From an uncultured delta proteobacterium (GTDB lineage: Bacteria > Myxococcota_A > Polyangia > Fen-1088), in NCBI GenBank assembly GCA_963737265.1, contig CAVTRY010000014.1, positions 1 to 64,000 on the forward strand: a stretch of 64,000 nt of DNA, read 5' to 3'. The notes under the pieces are model-generated. The model saw nothing but the letters and a program-made list of their open reading frames with translations. It had not been told where the DNA came from and did not search any database. Shown here piece by piece: positions 49,708 through 59,814 of this stretch. Numbering within the stretch: position 1 is the first letter of the stretch; the number at the start of each line of letters is the position of its first letter. The position numbers and the translations under genes are program-made.

Positions 49708-49878
49708 CTATCGCTCCGCGCGCATCGCTCTCGTTGTCCGGTGGGCAATCAGGACCTTTCCGCAGTAGTGAAAGCCGGCCTTGTCCTCGAATCCGTGGCG
49801 GGCGCTGCGGGCGGCCTTCATCAGAGTCAGCGCGCTGAACAGTGCCAGGAAGCCCATGAGGGACAGAAACAGAATCAT
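49708..49878 (-). CDS. Small single-TM membrane protein (56 aa; absent from the ORF track)
   Basis: RBS-like AGAAGGGG then MILFLSLMGFLALFSALTLMKAARSARHGFEDKAGFHYC...; downstream of ETF-QO. Confidence 0.6.
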   Translation of the reverse strand: MILFLSLMGFLALFSALTLMKAARSARHGFEDKAGFHYCGKVLIAHRTTRAMRAER

Positions 49879-49945
49879 GCCCCTTCTATCGGCGCAAGCG
49901 CCTTCGGCCTTAACCCCGCTGCACGACGCTTAATGCCACTCTCGG

Positions 49946-51655
49946 CTATAGATTCTTGTACAGCGGGCCGCCGCCACCCTCGGGCGGCACCCAGTTGATG
50001 GCGCCGTAGGGATCCTTGATGTCGCAGGTCTTGCAGTGCACGCAGTTGGAAAAGTCGATGCGCAGCTTGTGAAACTTGCCGCTGGCCTCGTCGCGTTCAA
50101 CCACGTAGACATTGGCCGGGCAGAATTTTTCGCACGGGTTGCCATATTCTTCCGCGCAGCGAACGCAGTGGGTGGTGTCGACGTGCAAGTGGCAGGGCTG
50201 CTTTTCCTCGTGGCGCGTGCCCGAATGATAGACGTCGGTCAGCTTGTCGAAGGCCGAGCCCTGGTTGTCGTACTTGAACGTATCCTTGGGTGCGCCCTGC
50301 GGGTAGGCCTCGGACAGCTTCTTCGTGTCCGTGTGGTCTTCCTCGAGGACCATCTTGTCGAGCGGGTAGCGGCCGCCCGTAATCGTCATCAGCGCCGCGT
50401 GTACAGTCCCGCCGTAAAGGCCGGCCTTCATGAGCTGACGGAAATTGCGCGCGGGATACATATCCTTGACGATGTACGAATTGGCGACCGCACTTTCGTA
50501 CTTGGCTAGCTGGGCGGGTGAAAAGTCGTCCTGGGCCAGCGCCTCGAACAGCGTTTCCGCGGCCAGCATCCCCGACTTGATGGCGTAGTGAACGCCTTTG
50601 AGCTTGGGCATGGCCACCATGCCGGCGCTGTCGCCACAGATGAGCGCACCGTCCATCGCGACTTTGGGAATGGAGTAGTAGCCGCCCTCGGGGATGGTCT
50701 TGGCGCCGTAGGAAACCAGCTTGCCGCCCGCGAGAATCTTGCGCACGAACGGGTGCCGCTTGAATTCGCAAAACTGCCGGTGCGGGTCGATGAGCGGATC
50801 GTGGTAGTCGAGCCCGGTGATTACGCCGATGCTGATCTGATTGCCCGACATGGCGTAGATGAAGCTGCCGCCAAAGGTGTGCCTGTCCATCGGGTAGCCC
50901 ATGGTGTGGATGATGTGGCCGGCGGGCAGGGGCGCCTGGTCGAATTCCCAGACTTCCTTCACGCCGGTGGCGTACGCCTGCGGATTTCGCCCCTCATCAA
51001 GGCCAAGCTTCTTCACCAACTGCTTGGTGCACGAACCGCGTGTGCCCTCGCAAAATACGGTGGCCTTCGCCAGCAGATTGGGACCGGCCTCAAAGATGCC
51101 CTTGGGCGTGCCGTCGGCGTTCACGCCCTTGTCGCCGAGCTGGACGCCGATCACGCGCTCGCCTCGGTACAGAACCTCACTCGCCGCGAAGGTGGTGAGC
51201 GCGTCGACGCCCGCTGCCGACAACTGCTCGCCCATCCACTTCACCAGCTTGCCCAGCGAAACGATAAGGTTGCCGTGGTTGTTCATCTGCGGCGGAACCA
51301 TGGGGAATTTGAACGACCGCTTGCGGGTGAGGAAATACACGCCCTCGCTCTTGACCTCGCCCTCGATGGGCGCCCCCTTTTCTTGGTAGTCGGGTATCAG
51401 CTCGGCCAGAGCCTTCGGCTCCATGACCGCACCCGACAGGGTGTGATCGCCAAGGTTCGCCGCTTTTTCGATGACCGCCACCACCATGTCCACGCCGAGC
51501 GTTTCCTCGTTGATGAGCCTGCCCGGCCGTTCGCCTTTGGCCACGGCGGCGTTGTGCTTGGCGATGAGGTTGGTCAGGTGCAGGGCGCCGGAAAGGCCCG
51601 CCGGCCCGCCGCCGACGAAGACCACGCCCGCTTTCATGGTGTCTCGCTCAGTCAT
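49946..51655 (-). CDS. Electron transfer flavoprotein-ubiquinone oxidoreductase
   Basis: VGGGPAGL FAD site, YGAKTIPEGG, KLKGVHYAIKSG, FCPANVY and NCVHCKTCDIKDP..WVPPEGGGGP. Confidence 0.95.
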   Translation of the reverse strand: MTERDTMKAGVVFVGGGPAGLSGALHLTNLIAKHNAAVAKGERPGRLINEETLGVDMVVAVIEKAANLGDHTLSGAVMEPKALAELIPDYQEKGAPIEGEVKSEGVYFLTRKRSFKFPMVPPQMNNHGNLIVSLGKLVKWMGEQLSAAGVDALTTFAASEVLYRGERVIGVQLGDKGVNADGTPKGIFEAGPNLLAKATVFCEGTRGSCTKQLVKKLGLDEGRNPQAYATGVKEVWEFDQAPLPAGHIIHTMGYPMDRHTFGGSFIYAMSGNQISIGVITGLDYHDPLIDPHRQFCEFKRHPFVRKILAGGKLVSYGAKTIPEGGYYSIPKVAMDGALICGDSAGMVAMPKLKGVHYAIKSGMLAAETLFEALAQDDFSPAQLAKYESAVANSYIVKDMYPARNFRQLMKAGLYGGTVHAALMTITGGRYPLDKMVLEEDHTDTKKLSEAYPQGAPKDTFKYDNQGSAFDKLTDVYHSGTRHEEKQPCHLHVDTTHCVRCAEEYGNPCEKFCPANVYVVERDEASGKFHKLRIDFSNCVHCKTCDIKDPYGAINWVPPEGGGGPLYKNL

Positions 51656-51779
51656 GGCCTTCTACTTATCCTTGTTCGCGAAACTCCGCACGCCGCATCT
51701 CGCCGCGGATCCGCAGATCGGGAGCTCTCAAGATCGGGCCAATCTGAGTCGATTCTCGATCGTTGTGCGCAGATCTGGG

Positions 51780-53496
51780 ATGTTGACGAGAAGCTCGAGA
51801 ATCGGTCGCTGCAGGAAATGGGCAGGTCGTTTCTTCCTGGGGTTCTTCGTCATCGCGGCGTACCCGGAAGCGTCGTGGGCGTTGACCCAGGCGACGCTGA
51901 CGGAAAGTAACGCGCAAGGGAGTCCTTGGACCTTTGTCGTGGGAGCCCCGCCTCCTGCGACCATCCCCACGCTAAGCCAATGGGGGCTTGTCATTTTTGC
52001 GCTGCTCATTGCCGCGCTTGCGTTCAAGTACCTGCGGTGGCATCGCGGCCCGGCCGGGGCCGCGCTGATCTTCGTCGTGCTCTGGTGGGCCCGAATGGTG
52101 TTGGGCTCCGCGGGATGGCCGCTCGGGACGGCGAGCCATGAACCAAGCTTGTCGATCACGGGCACGACGAGCACGCTGACCATGCGCTCTCCGCTCAACC
52201 CCACCGCGGGCCAGGGCTCCGTGTTCATCGCGGCCCAGCTCGCTCCGGTCAGCGGCGACAATGTCACGGGGATGGTGCTGCACTATCAGAAGAATGGAGA
52301 CGGCAGCATTTGGCGAACAGCGGCCGGCTCCCGCTGGGGAGCGCCCGCGTGCAGTAACTGCTGGGCGGCCTCGCTGCCGCTCGGGGACTACGCTGCGAAT
52401 TACCAGCTTCGCTATTACCTGTCGGTCGCCACGAGCGCGGGCGGGCCGGCCTACCTTTGCTCGTCGAGCGGCCAGTGTACGGGGGTGACGTGCGGCGCGC
52501 ACAGCACCTGCGTCGACGGCGGCTGCCGCTGCAACAGCAACTGGACTGGGCCGAGCTGCTCTGCGTGCGCATCGGGCTATTACGGCAACGCGTGCACTCT
52601 CTGCCCGAGCTGCGGACCACACGGAAGCTGTCTCGACGGCCTTGCTGGCAACGGCACCTGCACCTGCGAGGCGAATTACTCCGGAGCCAACTGCGGCACC
52701 GTGATCGACCCGTGCGTCGGTGTGACGTGCGGCGCGAACCGCACCTGCGTCGGCGGCAGATGTGTGTGCGACAGCAACTGGACGGGAGGGGATCTGCGCC
52801 GTATGCGCGTCGGGATACTACGGGGTTGCATGTTCTCCATGCCCGAGCTGTGGAGGTCACGGGGCATGTGTGGACGGCCTTGCCGGCGACGGCACCTGCA
52901 GCTGCGATAGCGATTGGGCAGGAGGGAGCTGCGCCGCGTGCGCGTCGGACTACTATGGTGCTGCATGTGCTCCGTGCCCGAACTGCGGACCACACGGGAC
53001 CTGTGTGGACGGCCTTTCAGGCGATGGTACCTGCAGCTGCGAGGCAAACTACTCTGGTGCCGACTGCAGCGCCGTGATTGACCCGTGCGTCGGTGTGACT
53101 TGCGGAACCCACAGCACCTGCGCCGGCGGCAGCTGTGTGTGCAATGGCAACTGGACGGGAGGGAGCTGCGCCACGTGCGCGTCGGGATACTACGGGGCTG
53201 CATGTGCTCCGTGTCCGAGCTGTGGAGCTCACGGGACCTGTGTGGACGGCCTTGCCGGCGACGGCACCTGCAGCTGCGATGAGAGCTACACCGGTTCGGA
53301 CTGCACCTCGTGTTTGTACATGCACCTGCCCAACGGAGACTGCGTGGACAACTGCACAATCGACCCCGGCTACCCCTACGTGTTTGGCACGGAGTGCGTG
53401 GACGTGTGTCCGGTCGGGACGGTGTTGTCCATCGGCAACTTCTGCGTGTCTGACCAGGGCGATGACGAAATTCCGTCTGGACCTCCGAACCAATAA
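51780..53496 (+). CDS. EGF/laminin-like repeat protein with N-proximal IPTL sorting signal (frameshift ~52790)
   Basis: Signal, IPTLSQWGL+TM+basic residues at ~51963-52045, second TM, then repeats C..CASGYYG..C..CP.CG.HG.C.DGL.G.GTC.C. Confidence 0.82.
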
Positions 53497-53615
53497 GGTC
53501 GAACGGCCTCACCATGAACTCTGCCAGACCCTCAGCCAGCGCTGGTCCCTTTCCTGACCTACTACCTCCGAGATTCTTCGCGTGGCGCGACGATTTTTCC
53601 AGTTGTCGCGTCGTG

Positions 53616-53906
53616 AGGCTTCAGGCTCCAGGCTCCAGGCTTCAGGCTGAAGAACTGTCCAAAAATTGGACAGTTCTTCAGCAGCCGAGCCAAGGGCTCG
53701 GCCGCAGGTGGGGTGAAGTCCGCGAATTTACTTCGCGGACGAGGGGAGGGCAGCGGCCCTCCCTTCAAAAATCTTCAAGACGGGTCCATTTATGGACACG
53801 TCTTGAGGTGCCGGCTCATTCGTCGAGGTCCAGGAAACTGATCGCTGCTCTCGACGGAGCAGCTGTAGCCTGTAGCCTGGAGTCTGTAGTCTGTAGCCTG
53901 GAGCCT
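53616..53906. repeat. Inverted heptamer arrays enclosing a cluster of hairpins/TIR-only mini-elements
   Basis: (AGGCTYC)x~5 at 53616-53650 versus (CTGKAGY)x~6 at 53863-53906; palindromes at 53651-53677 and 53778-53803, among others. Confidence 0.85.
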
Positions 53907-53956
53907 TTGGTTGTGCGCGAACCCCACGCCGGGTCGCTCGATAGCGGCGGGACGAG

Positions 53957-54517
53957 ATGAGCCGTCTCGGGATCCAGCCGGCCTTGGGCAAGGGCGATGG
54001 GCCCTGCGCGCCCGAGCACGCGCGCCCGAAGTATCGCTCTTGGCTCAAATTCGTCGTCCTCTTCGCGGTCATCTTCGTCGCTGGCACCAAGGCGCACGAG
54101 GTAACGCGAGCGCGCCTGGCGCCATTCCTCGTCGGCACGCTCACCGTGAAACCGAGTGCGGCGTTCATCAACCTCGTCACGCCTTCCGAAGGGACCAAAG
54201 CCGTCGGGAACCTGCTCAAGGGGCAGGTGACCATCCGGGTAGGCCAGGGATGCGACGGCATCGATGGCTTGCTGCTACTCCTCGCCGCCGTGCTTGCCTT
54301 TCCCACGACCGCGAGGGCGAAATTCACAGCGCTCGCTGCCGGCGTGCCCCTCGTCTACACCTGCAACCTGGTGCGCATCGTTGCGCTTTACCAGGTCCAG
54401 CGCCACGCGCCGCTCTACTTCGATCTAATGCACGCCTACGTTGGCCAGACGGTCATCATCATCGTCGGTTGTGGCTTCTTCTTGTTCTGGATGCGCAGTC
54501 AGGCGCGGACGGAATGA
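53957..54517 (+). CDS. Exosortase (XrtH-like)
   Basis: Catalytic Cys (GCDG), Arg (NLVRI), His (MHAY) within TM segments; adjacent to the IPTL protein. Confidence 0.88.
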   Translation: MSRLGIQPALGKGDGPCAPEHARPKYRSWLKFVVLFAVIFVAGTKAHEVTRARLAPFLVGTLTVKPSAAFINLVTPSEGTKAVGNLLKGQVTIRVGQGCDGIDGLLLLLAAVLAFPTTARAKFTALAAGVPLVYTCNLVRIVALYQVQRHAPLYFDLMHAYVGQTVIIIVGCGFFLFWMRSQARTE

Positions 54518-54518
54518 A

Positions 54519-55106
54519 ATGATGGCCGGACGCAAGCATGTCAACGCGGTCTTGCGAGGCGTGGCGGCCTACGCGGTCCTTTGCCTCGGCTCCTACTTCT
54601 TTGGCGCGTCCCTTGTTTGCGCCTTGGCGCCAGCGTTCAAGCTCGAGATCGAGTCCTTGGGCCCCGAGCACAAGGTCACCGAGTTTCGCGTCGAACGAGC
54701 CATCGTAAACCTGAGGATCGAGAATGAAGGTGGTCGGCAGGCCGAGGTTCAGGTCAGGTTCCACCACTTCGGGTTCACCTACCCGATTCTGGTCCTGTCG
54801 CTGCTTGCAGCATGGCCGTTCCCGTCGCTGACCAGGCGGTTGTTGGCGCTCGGCATCGGGGCTCTCCTCGCCACTGCGGTCGTGATGATCGATCTGCCGG
54901 CCGAAGTGTTGCTCAGCTTGGCCGAACGTGCGCCGAAGAAACCATTCTTCGTGTCCTTCTTCTTCGAGAACGGCGGCAGGCAATTCTTGGCGTTGATGAT
55001 CTTCCTATTGTCCCTTGCCGCCAGTGGTTTTGCCTCCGCGTGGTGGCGGGCCGTTCGCGGGGCGAGGCCTGGCCGCACGGTTCGACGGCGTCCCTCTGTC
55101 CGGTGA
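54519..55106 (+). CDS. Exosortase-associated membrane protein
   Basis: Multi-TM, YPILVLSLLAAWP..RR, starts 1 nt after the exosortase stop. Confidence 0.65.
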   Translation: MMAGRKHVNAVLRGVAAYAVLCLGSYFFGASLVCALAPAFKLEIESLGPEHKVTEFRVERAIVNLRIENEGGRQAEVQVRFHHFGFTYPILVLSLLAAWPFPSLTRRLLALGIGALLATAVVMIDLPAEVLLSLAERAPKKPFFVSFFFENGGRQFLALMIFLLSLAASGFASAWWRAVRGARPGRTVRRRPSVR

Positions 55107-55173
55107 TCGATCTCCGCGCCGGTGTCGTGAGCAAGAGTCGCGCTATGGGTGCAGCGCCGGTACACTAGGCGCC

Positions 55174-56593
55174 ATGCCGGTTCGGCTGTCGCGGGGAAGG
55201 CTGCTTGCCAAATTGCTGGTGGCCATGCTGGTGCCCGCGATTTTGGCCTTGGTTCTGTTCGGCGCGGCGGCTTACGAAGTGGCGCGGCGGGTGCTCGAAG
55301 ACGAGCTCGGGCGGCGATTGGCCACGGCGGCGACCTCGGTGGCGATGTTGGTTCTGCCCGAACAGCTGTCGGCGATCGGCGCTGGCGACGAACAGTCGAA
55401 CACCTACGCCAACCTTCGCCGGCGTGTTCGAGCAAGCACGCGATCGTCTGGCGGTGCGGCGCGTGTTGTTGGTGGCGCGCGATCTCACCGTGCGCGGAGA
55501 TAGCGAGAAGCTGGTTGAGCTGGGCGCGCGCGCGCATGAGCTGGGCGCCGACGCGCCCGAGATCGAGAAGGCGGCCCTCGGGCAGGCCACGGCATCGCCG
55601 CTATTTCTCGGCCGCGATGGGCTGCCCTACAAACGCGGCTACGCTCGTATCGGCAATCCGGCGACCGGTTTCGCCGTGGTCGAGGCCAGCGCCCAGTACC
55701 TAGAGGCGCTGGCGGCCTTTCGGCGTTGGCTCGTCTTGGGCGGTGTCGTCAGCGTCGCCATCATCGTGGTGCTGGCGGCGTGGCTCTCCCGGCGCATGAC
55801 CGGGCCGCTCGAACGTCTGGCTGGCGCGGCCGAGCGCATCGGGCGGGGCGATCTGACGGGCGCGGTCGCGGTCGAGACGCGCGATGAGATTGGCTACCTG
55901 GCCCTGCGCCTCGATCAAATGCGCGAGGCCCTGCACGCGCGCGACGAGCGCATGCAGATGATGCTGGCGGGAATCGCGCACGAAGTTCGCAATCCTCTGG
56001 GTGGACTTGAGCTCTATGCCGGGCTCTTGCGCGAAGGGCTGACCGAGCAGCCGGAACGCTTGGCCGAGATCGCGCGCGTCGACCGCGAGATTGGCTATCT
56101 CAAGAATGTCGTCACGGACTTTCTCGATTTTGCTCGACGACCTCCTCCGGTGATGGAAGAAGTCCCGGCAGCGCAACTGCTGCAGGAGACCGCGGACGTG
56201 TGCCGGTCGCCTGGCCGTTCCACGACGCTTCGGGTGGAATGTGAGCCGAGCCTCGTGGCTTTTGCCGACCGAGCTCAGCTTCGCCGGGCGCTCATCAATC
56301 TCGCGAAGAACGCCATCGCGGCGGCCGGTCCCTCGGGGCAAGTGGTGCTCGCCGCTCGCGTCGACCCCGACACGCGCCAGCGCATTGAATGGGAAGTCCG
56401 CGACAGTGGCAGCGGCGTGCCGGACGAAATTCACGACAAGATCTTCGCGCCCTTCTTCACCACGCGCGAGCAGGGCACCGGTCTCGGCCTAGCCTTCGTG
56501 CAGGAGATCGCGCGCGATCATGGCGGCGAGGTCAGCGTGGATCGCGGCCCCGAGGGCGGGGCGCGCTTTCGCTTCACCAGCACACGCGCTTAG
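55174..56593 (+). CDS. HAMP-domain sensor histidine kinase (frameshift ~55426)
   Basis: TM, HAMP (PLERL...RDEIG.L), IAHEVRNPL, NLAKNA, FFTTREQGTGLGL. Confidence 0.9.
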
Positions 56594-56749
56594 GGCTCGT
56601 CAGAGGATATCTGCAACGATTTGGACGCCGATCCATCCCGGCTGGCTTTGTTGCTCGTCGTCGCAATACGTCGAGTATTCCTCCTCCTCGCGCCTCGCCA
56701 GCCGGGCGCCTCGTCGCCCAACTCGTAGCATCTATTCTCTGACGAGCCC
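56593..56749. mobile_element. MITE family B, copy 1
   Basis: TIR GGGCTCGTCAGAG...CTCTGACGAGCCC; flanks TTA/TCA; near-identical to 59604-59751. Confidence 0.8.
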
Positions 56750-56752
56750 TCA

Positions 56753-56911
56753 AGACGTGTCTATCAATCGCAGACCGAGCCCCGGCCGAGCGAGCAAGCC
56801 CGCCCGCGAGGCGCGACGAGCGCGCATAGCGCGGGCTATGTAAGCGAGGAGAAACGAAGCGGGCGGGCTGCGCAGCCGGACGGGCGACGGGAGCGATTGA
56901 TGGACACGTCT
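56753..56911. mobile_element. MITE family A, copy 1
   Basis: TIR AGACGTGTCTATCAATCGC...GCGATTGATGGACACGTCT; TCA/TCA duplication; inverted copy at 59446-59600. Confidence 0.85.
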
Positions 56912-57736
56912 TCAGTGGCGCACGAGGCTGAGCACGATTTCGAGAACGATCAGAAAGACCACGGTGGCTTCGAGCATGAAAAGCCTGCGGTCGCGCGCTA
57001 CATCGGTGATGATCTCCAGTGTGTCCTGCACGCTGCGCAGCTTCAGCTCCAGCGATTGGTAGCGGTCGACCAGATCGAACTCGGCACGCAGTTTATGATA
57101 GATGCGATCCGCGCCGGGGTCGTCCCACGCGGCGTCGGGTTTGTCGAGCAGATGCAGGATGGAAAGCACCTCGCTGCGCGTGCCCACGGTGGCACCGATG
57201 AACTTGTGCAGGTGCTTCGTGCGCATGGGCATGGTGCCCGCCTTTTCCAGCTCGCCGCCCAGCTTGTCGGTTTCCACGAACATCTGGTCCACGATGCTTT
57301 CGTAGTAATCCATCGCCGCGCTCTGGGCCACGCTCAGCGCCACCACGCTGGCGCGCTCGAAGGTCAGCGCGTCGACCACCAGGACGCCGTCGCCGATGTC
57401 GGGCCGGACTTCGGGTGCCTCGCGCACGGTGAGCTCTTCGTTGATGACCTGCGACTTGGTGAGCCCAGGTCGCGCGCGGCGGAGGCGGTCTAGTTCGGAC
57501 GTGCGAATTTCGGGCCGGACGTTGTGGAACACCACTGCGCCGAAGGGATAGACGTACACCGTTCCGCCCGAGGGAGGATGGAACCAGAGCTCGCGCGGCG
57601 ATCGCTTGGCCTCGGGATAGGCCGCCGCCAACTCTTTGAGCGGCAGGTTCTCCACGAATGCGGTGGCGAAGAACGAATGGATGGAACCGCTGTTGGTTTC
57701 GGGCATCGACGTGGGGCAGTGCGACTTGGACGCCAT
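56912..57736 (-). CDS. RMD1/DUF155 family protein
   Basis: YPFGAVVF, SVAQSAAMDYYE, LLDKPDAAWD, EFDL..R...LELKL, LEATVVFLI.LEI. Confidence 0.88.
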   Translation of the reverse strand: MASKSHCPTSMPETNSGSIHSFFATAFVENLPLKELAAAYPEAKRSPRELWFHPPSGGTVYVYPFGAVVFHNVRPEIRTSELDRLRRARPGLTKSQVINEELTVREAPEVRPDIGDGVLVVDALTFERASVVALSVAQSAAMDYYESIVDQMFVETDKLGGELEKAGTMPMRTKHLHKFIGATVGTRSEVLSILHLLDKPDAAWDDPGADRIYHKLRAEFDLVDRYQSLELKLRSVQDTLEIITDVARDRRLFMLEATVVFLIVLEIVLSLVRH

Positions 57737-57818
57737 CCGATCATAGTACAAAAATCAAAGGACAAAAATGATCGCGTTAGGGCAGCGAAATTCGTGTGTG
57801 GAATGGTAAAGAAGCAAG

Positions 57819-58958
57819 GTGGACCTAGACCTGACAGATGCACAGAAAGCCCTTCGCGACCAGGCACGCGAGATCTCCTTGCACGAGATCGCTCCCAAGG
57901 CCGCCGAGATCGATCGTCGGCAACTCTTCCCGCGTGAAGCCGTCAGACGGCTGGCCGAGGTCGGCATGCTGGGCGTCGCCGTGCCCAAGGCTTGGGGCGG
58001 GCTGGGACTCGACATGGTCGCTTGCACGCTCATGATCGAGGAGCTGGCGAGCGCCTGCGCGTCCACCGCGGCCGTCGTCGCGTTGCAAAACCTGCTGGTG
58101 TGCGAGCCGATCCTGCGTTTCGGCAGCGAGGCACAGAAGCGCGCCTGGCTGCCCCTGCTCGCGACCGGCACGAAGCTCGGTTGTTTCGCATTGACCGAGC
58201 CGAATGGCGGCTCCGACTTGGCGGCCATCGCAATGCTGGCGCGACGCCAAGGTGACATCTGGATCTTGCGCGGCACCAAGAGCTTCGTGACCTGCGGCAG
58301 GGATGCGCATCTTGCCATCGTTTTTGCCGTCGGCGAGATTGGCGAGAAGAAAACGCTGTCCGCATTTCTCGTGCCAACCGACAGCCCCGGCCTTTCGTTC
58401 GGGCCAACCTACGACAAACTCGGCCTGCGCGGCGCCGTCGCAGCATCGATGATCATCGAGGATGTTCGCCTGCCGTCAAGCGCGTTGCTCGGCGGCGAGG
58501 GCAGTGGCCTCGAGGTTATGCGCTTCGCCCTCGAGGGCGGACGCATCGGGGCTGCCGCTTCGTGCTTGGGTATTGCGCGCGCCGCGTTCACGGCCGCCAT
58601 CCGCTACGCGCTCACCCGGCGCACGCAGGGCGAACCCATCGCCCAGCACCAAGCCATCCAGTTCAAGCTGGCGGACATGTCGACCCAGATCGACGCCGCC
58701 CGGCTTCTCACCTGGCGTGCGGCCGCTTCGCGCGATGCCGGCACGCCGCTTGGCTCGCAGCCTTCGATGGCCAAGCTGGTCGCCTCGGAGGTCGCCAGCC
58801 ACGTTGCAAGCGATGCCGTGCAGGTCCTTGGCGCCAACGGTTGCCTGGCTGAATACGCGGTCGAGCGTCACTTTCGCGACGCCAAGGTCACCGAAATCTA
58901 CGAAGGCACCAGCGAGATCCAGCGACTGACCATTGCATCTGTGTTGCTAAAGGACTAA
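57819..58958 (+). CDS. Acyl-CoA dehydrogenase
   Basis: FALTEPNGGSD, GTKSFVT, KLGLRG, QFKLADM, EIYEGTSEIQR. Confidence 0.95.
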   Translation: MDLDLTDAQKALRDQAREISLHEIAPKAAEIDRRQLFPREAVRRLAEVGMLGVAVPKAWGGLGLDMVACTLMIEELASACASTAAVVALQNLLVCEPILRFGSEAQKRAWLPLLATGTKLGCFALTEPNGGSDLAAIAMLARRQGDIWILRGTKSFVTCGRDAHLAIVFAVGEIGEKKTLSAFLVPTDSPGLSFGPTYDKLGLRGAVAASMIIEDVRLPSSALLGGEGSGLEVMRFALEGGRIGAAASCLGIARAAFTAAIRYALTRRTQGEPIAQHQAIQFKLADMSTQIDAARLLTWRAAASRDAGTPLGSQPSMAKLVASEVASHVASDAVQVLGANGCLAEYAVERHFRDAKVTEIYEGTSEIQRLTIASVLLKD

Positions 58959-59004
58959 GACCGGCGTTGTCTTCCCCGAAACCAATGCTGCGGAGGGTTA
59001 AGAG

Positions 59005-59445
59005 ATGAGGATGAACGCACTGCTGTTCGCAATGGGAACTTGTCTTGCGCTGAGCGCCTGCGCCACCAGCGGATCCACGGGCGACGACCAGTCCGTTCCC
59101 GTCCTTGTGCGCGGTGGCCAAGAGGTACAAATGGACACCGCCGGCATTCCGCCCGACAAGCAGGCCGACATTTATCTTGTGTTGCAGCAGCGCGATGCAT
59201 CCGCCCGAAAGTGCTACCAGGATGTGCTCAACGAGAAGCACACCCGCGAGTTCAAAGGCACGGTAAGGATTCTGCTTTCCCTCAACACCAACGGCAGTGC
59301 GAAGACCGTCAAGATCACGGGCGGGACGCTGAACAACAAGGACGTGGAAGACTGCCTGGTACAGACGGTCAAGGAATTCGAGTTCCCCAAGCTCGATAGA
59401 GCCGGCGACCTTCAGTACGACTACACCTTCGAGCCCCAGTACTAA
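59005..59445 (+). CDS. Lipoprotein with AgmX/PglI-type (TonB-C-like) domain
   Basis: LSAC lipobox; KCYQ..L....KGTV...VEDCLV....FEFP. Confidence 0.75.
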   Translation: MRMNALLFAMGTCLALSACATSGSTGDDQSVPVLVRGGQEVQMDTAGIPPDKQADIYLVLQQRDASARKCYQDVLNEKHTREFKGTVRILLSLNTNGSAKTVKITGGTLNNKDVEDCLVQTVKEFEFPKLDRAGDLQYDYTFEPQY

Positions 59446-59600
59446 AGACGTGTCCATCAATCGCTCCCGTCGCCCGTCCGGCTGCGCAGCCCGCCCGCTT
59501 CGTTTCTCCTCGCTTACATAGCCCGCGCTATGCGCGCTCGTCGCGCCTCGCGGGCGGGGCTTGCTCGCTCGGCCGGGGCTCGGTCTGCGATTACACGTCT
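59446..59600. mobile_element. MITE family A, copy 2 (inverted)
   Basis: Reverse complement of 56753-56911; TAA/TAA duplication, the left TAA being the gene stop. Confidence 0.85.
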
Positions 59601-59603
59601 TAA

Positions 59604-59751
59604 GGGCTCGTCAGAGAATATCTGCAACGATTTGGACGACGATCCCATCCGGCTGGCGTCGTTGCTCGTCGTCGCAATACGTCGAGTAGTCCTCCTCCTC
59701 GCGTCTCGCCAGCCGGGCGCCTCGTCGCCCAACTTATTCTTCGACGAGCCC
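59604..59751. mobile_element. MITE family B, copy 2
   Basis: GGGCTCGTC...GACGAGCCC flanked by TAA/TAA. Confidence 0.82.
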
Positions 59752-59814
59752 TAAATTTCCCCACCAATAGGCGGAACAGGCGGTCTCCTATGGGAAGGTT
59801 GCGACACGAAAAGT

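Noticed and set aside
52480-53290. Long direct DNA repeats as a CRISPR array or DGR template/variable repeats
   Set aside because: They encode in-frame EGF units; there are no spacers, cas genes, reverse transcriptase or adenine-specific variation.
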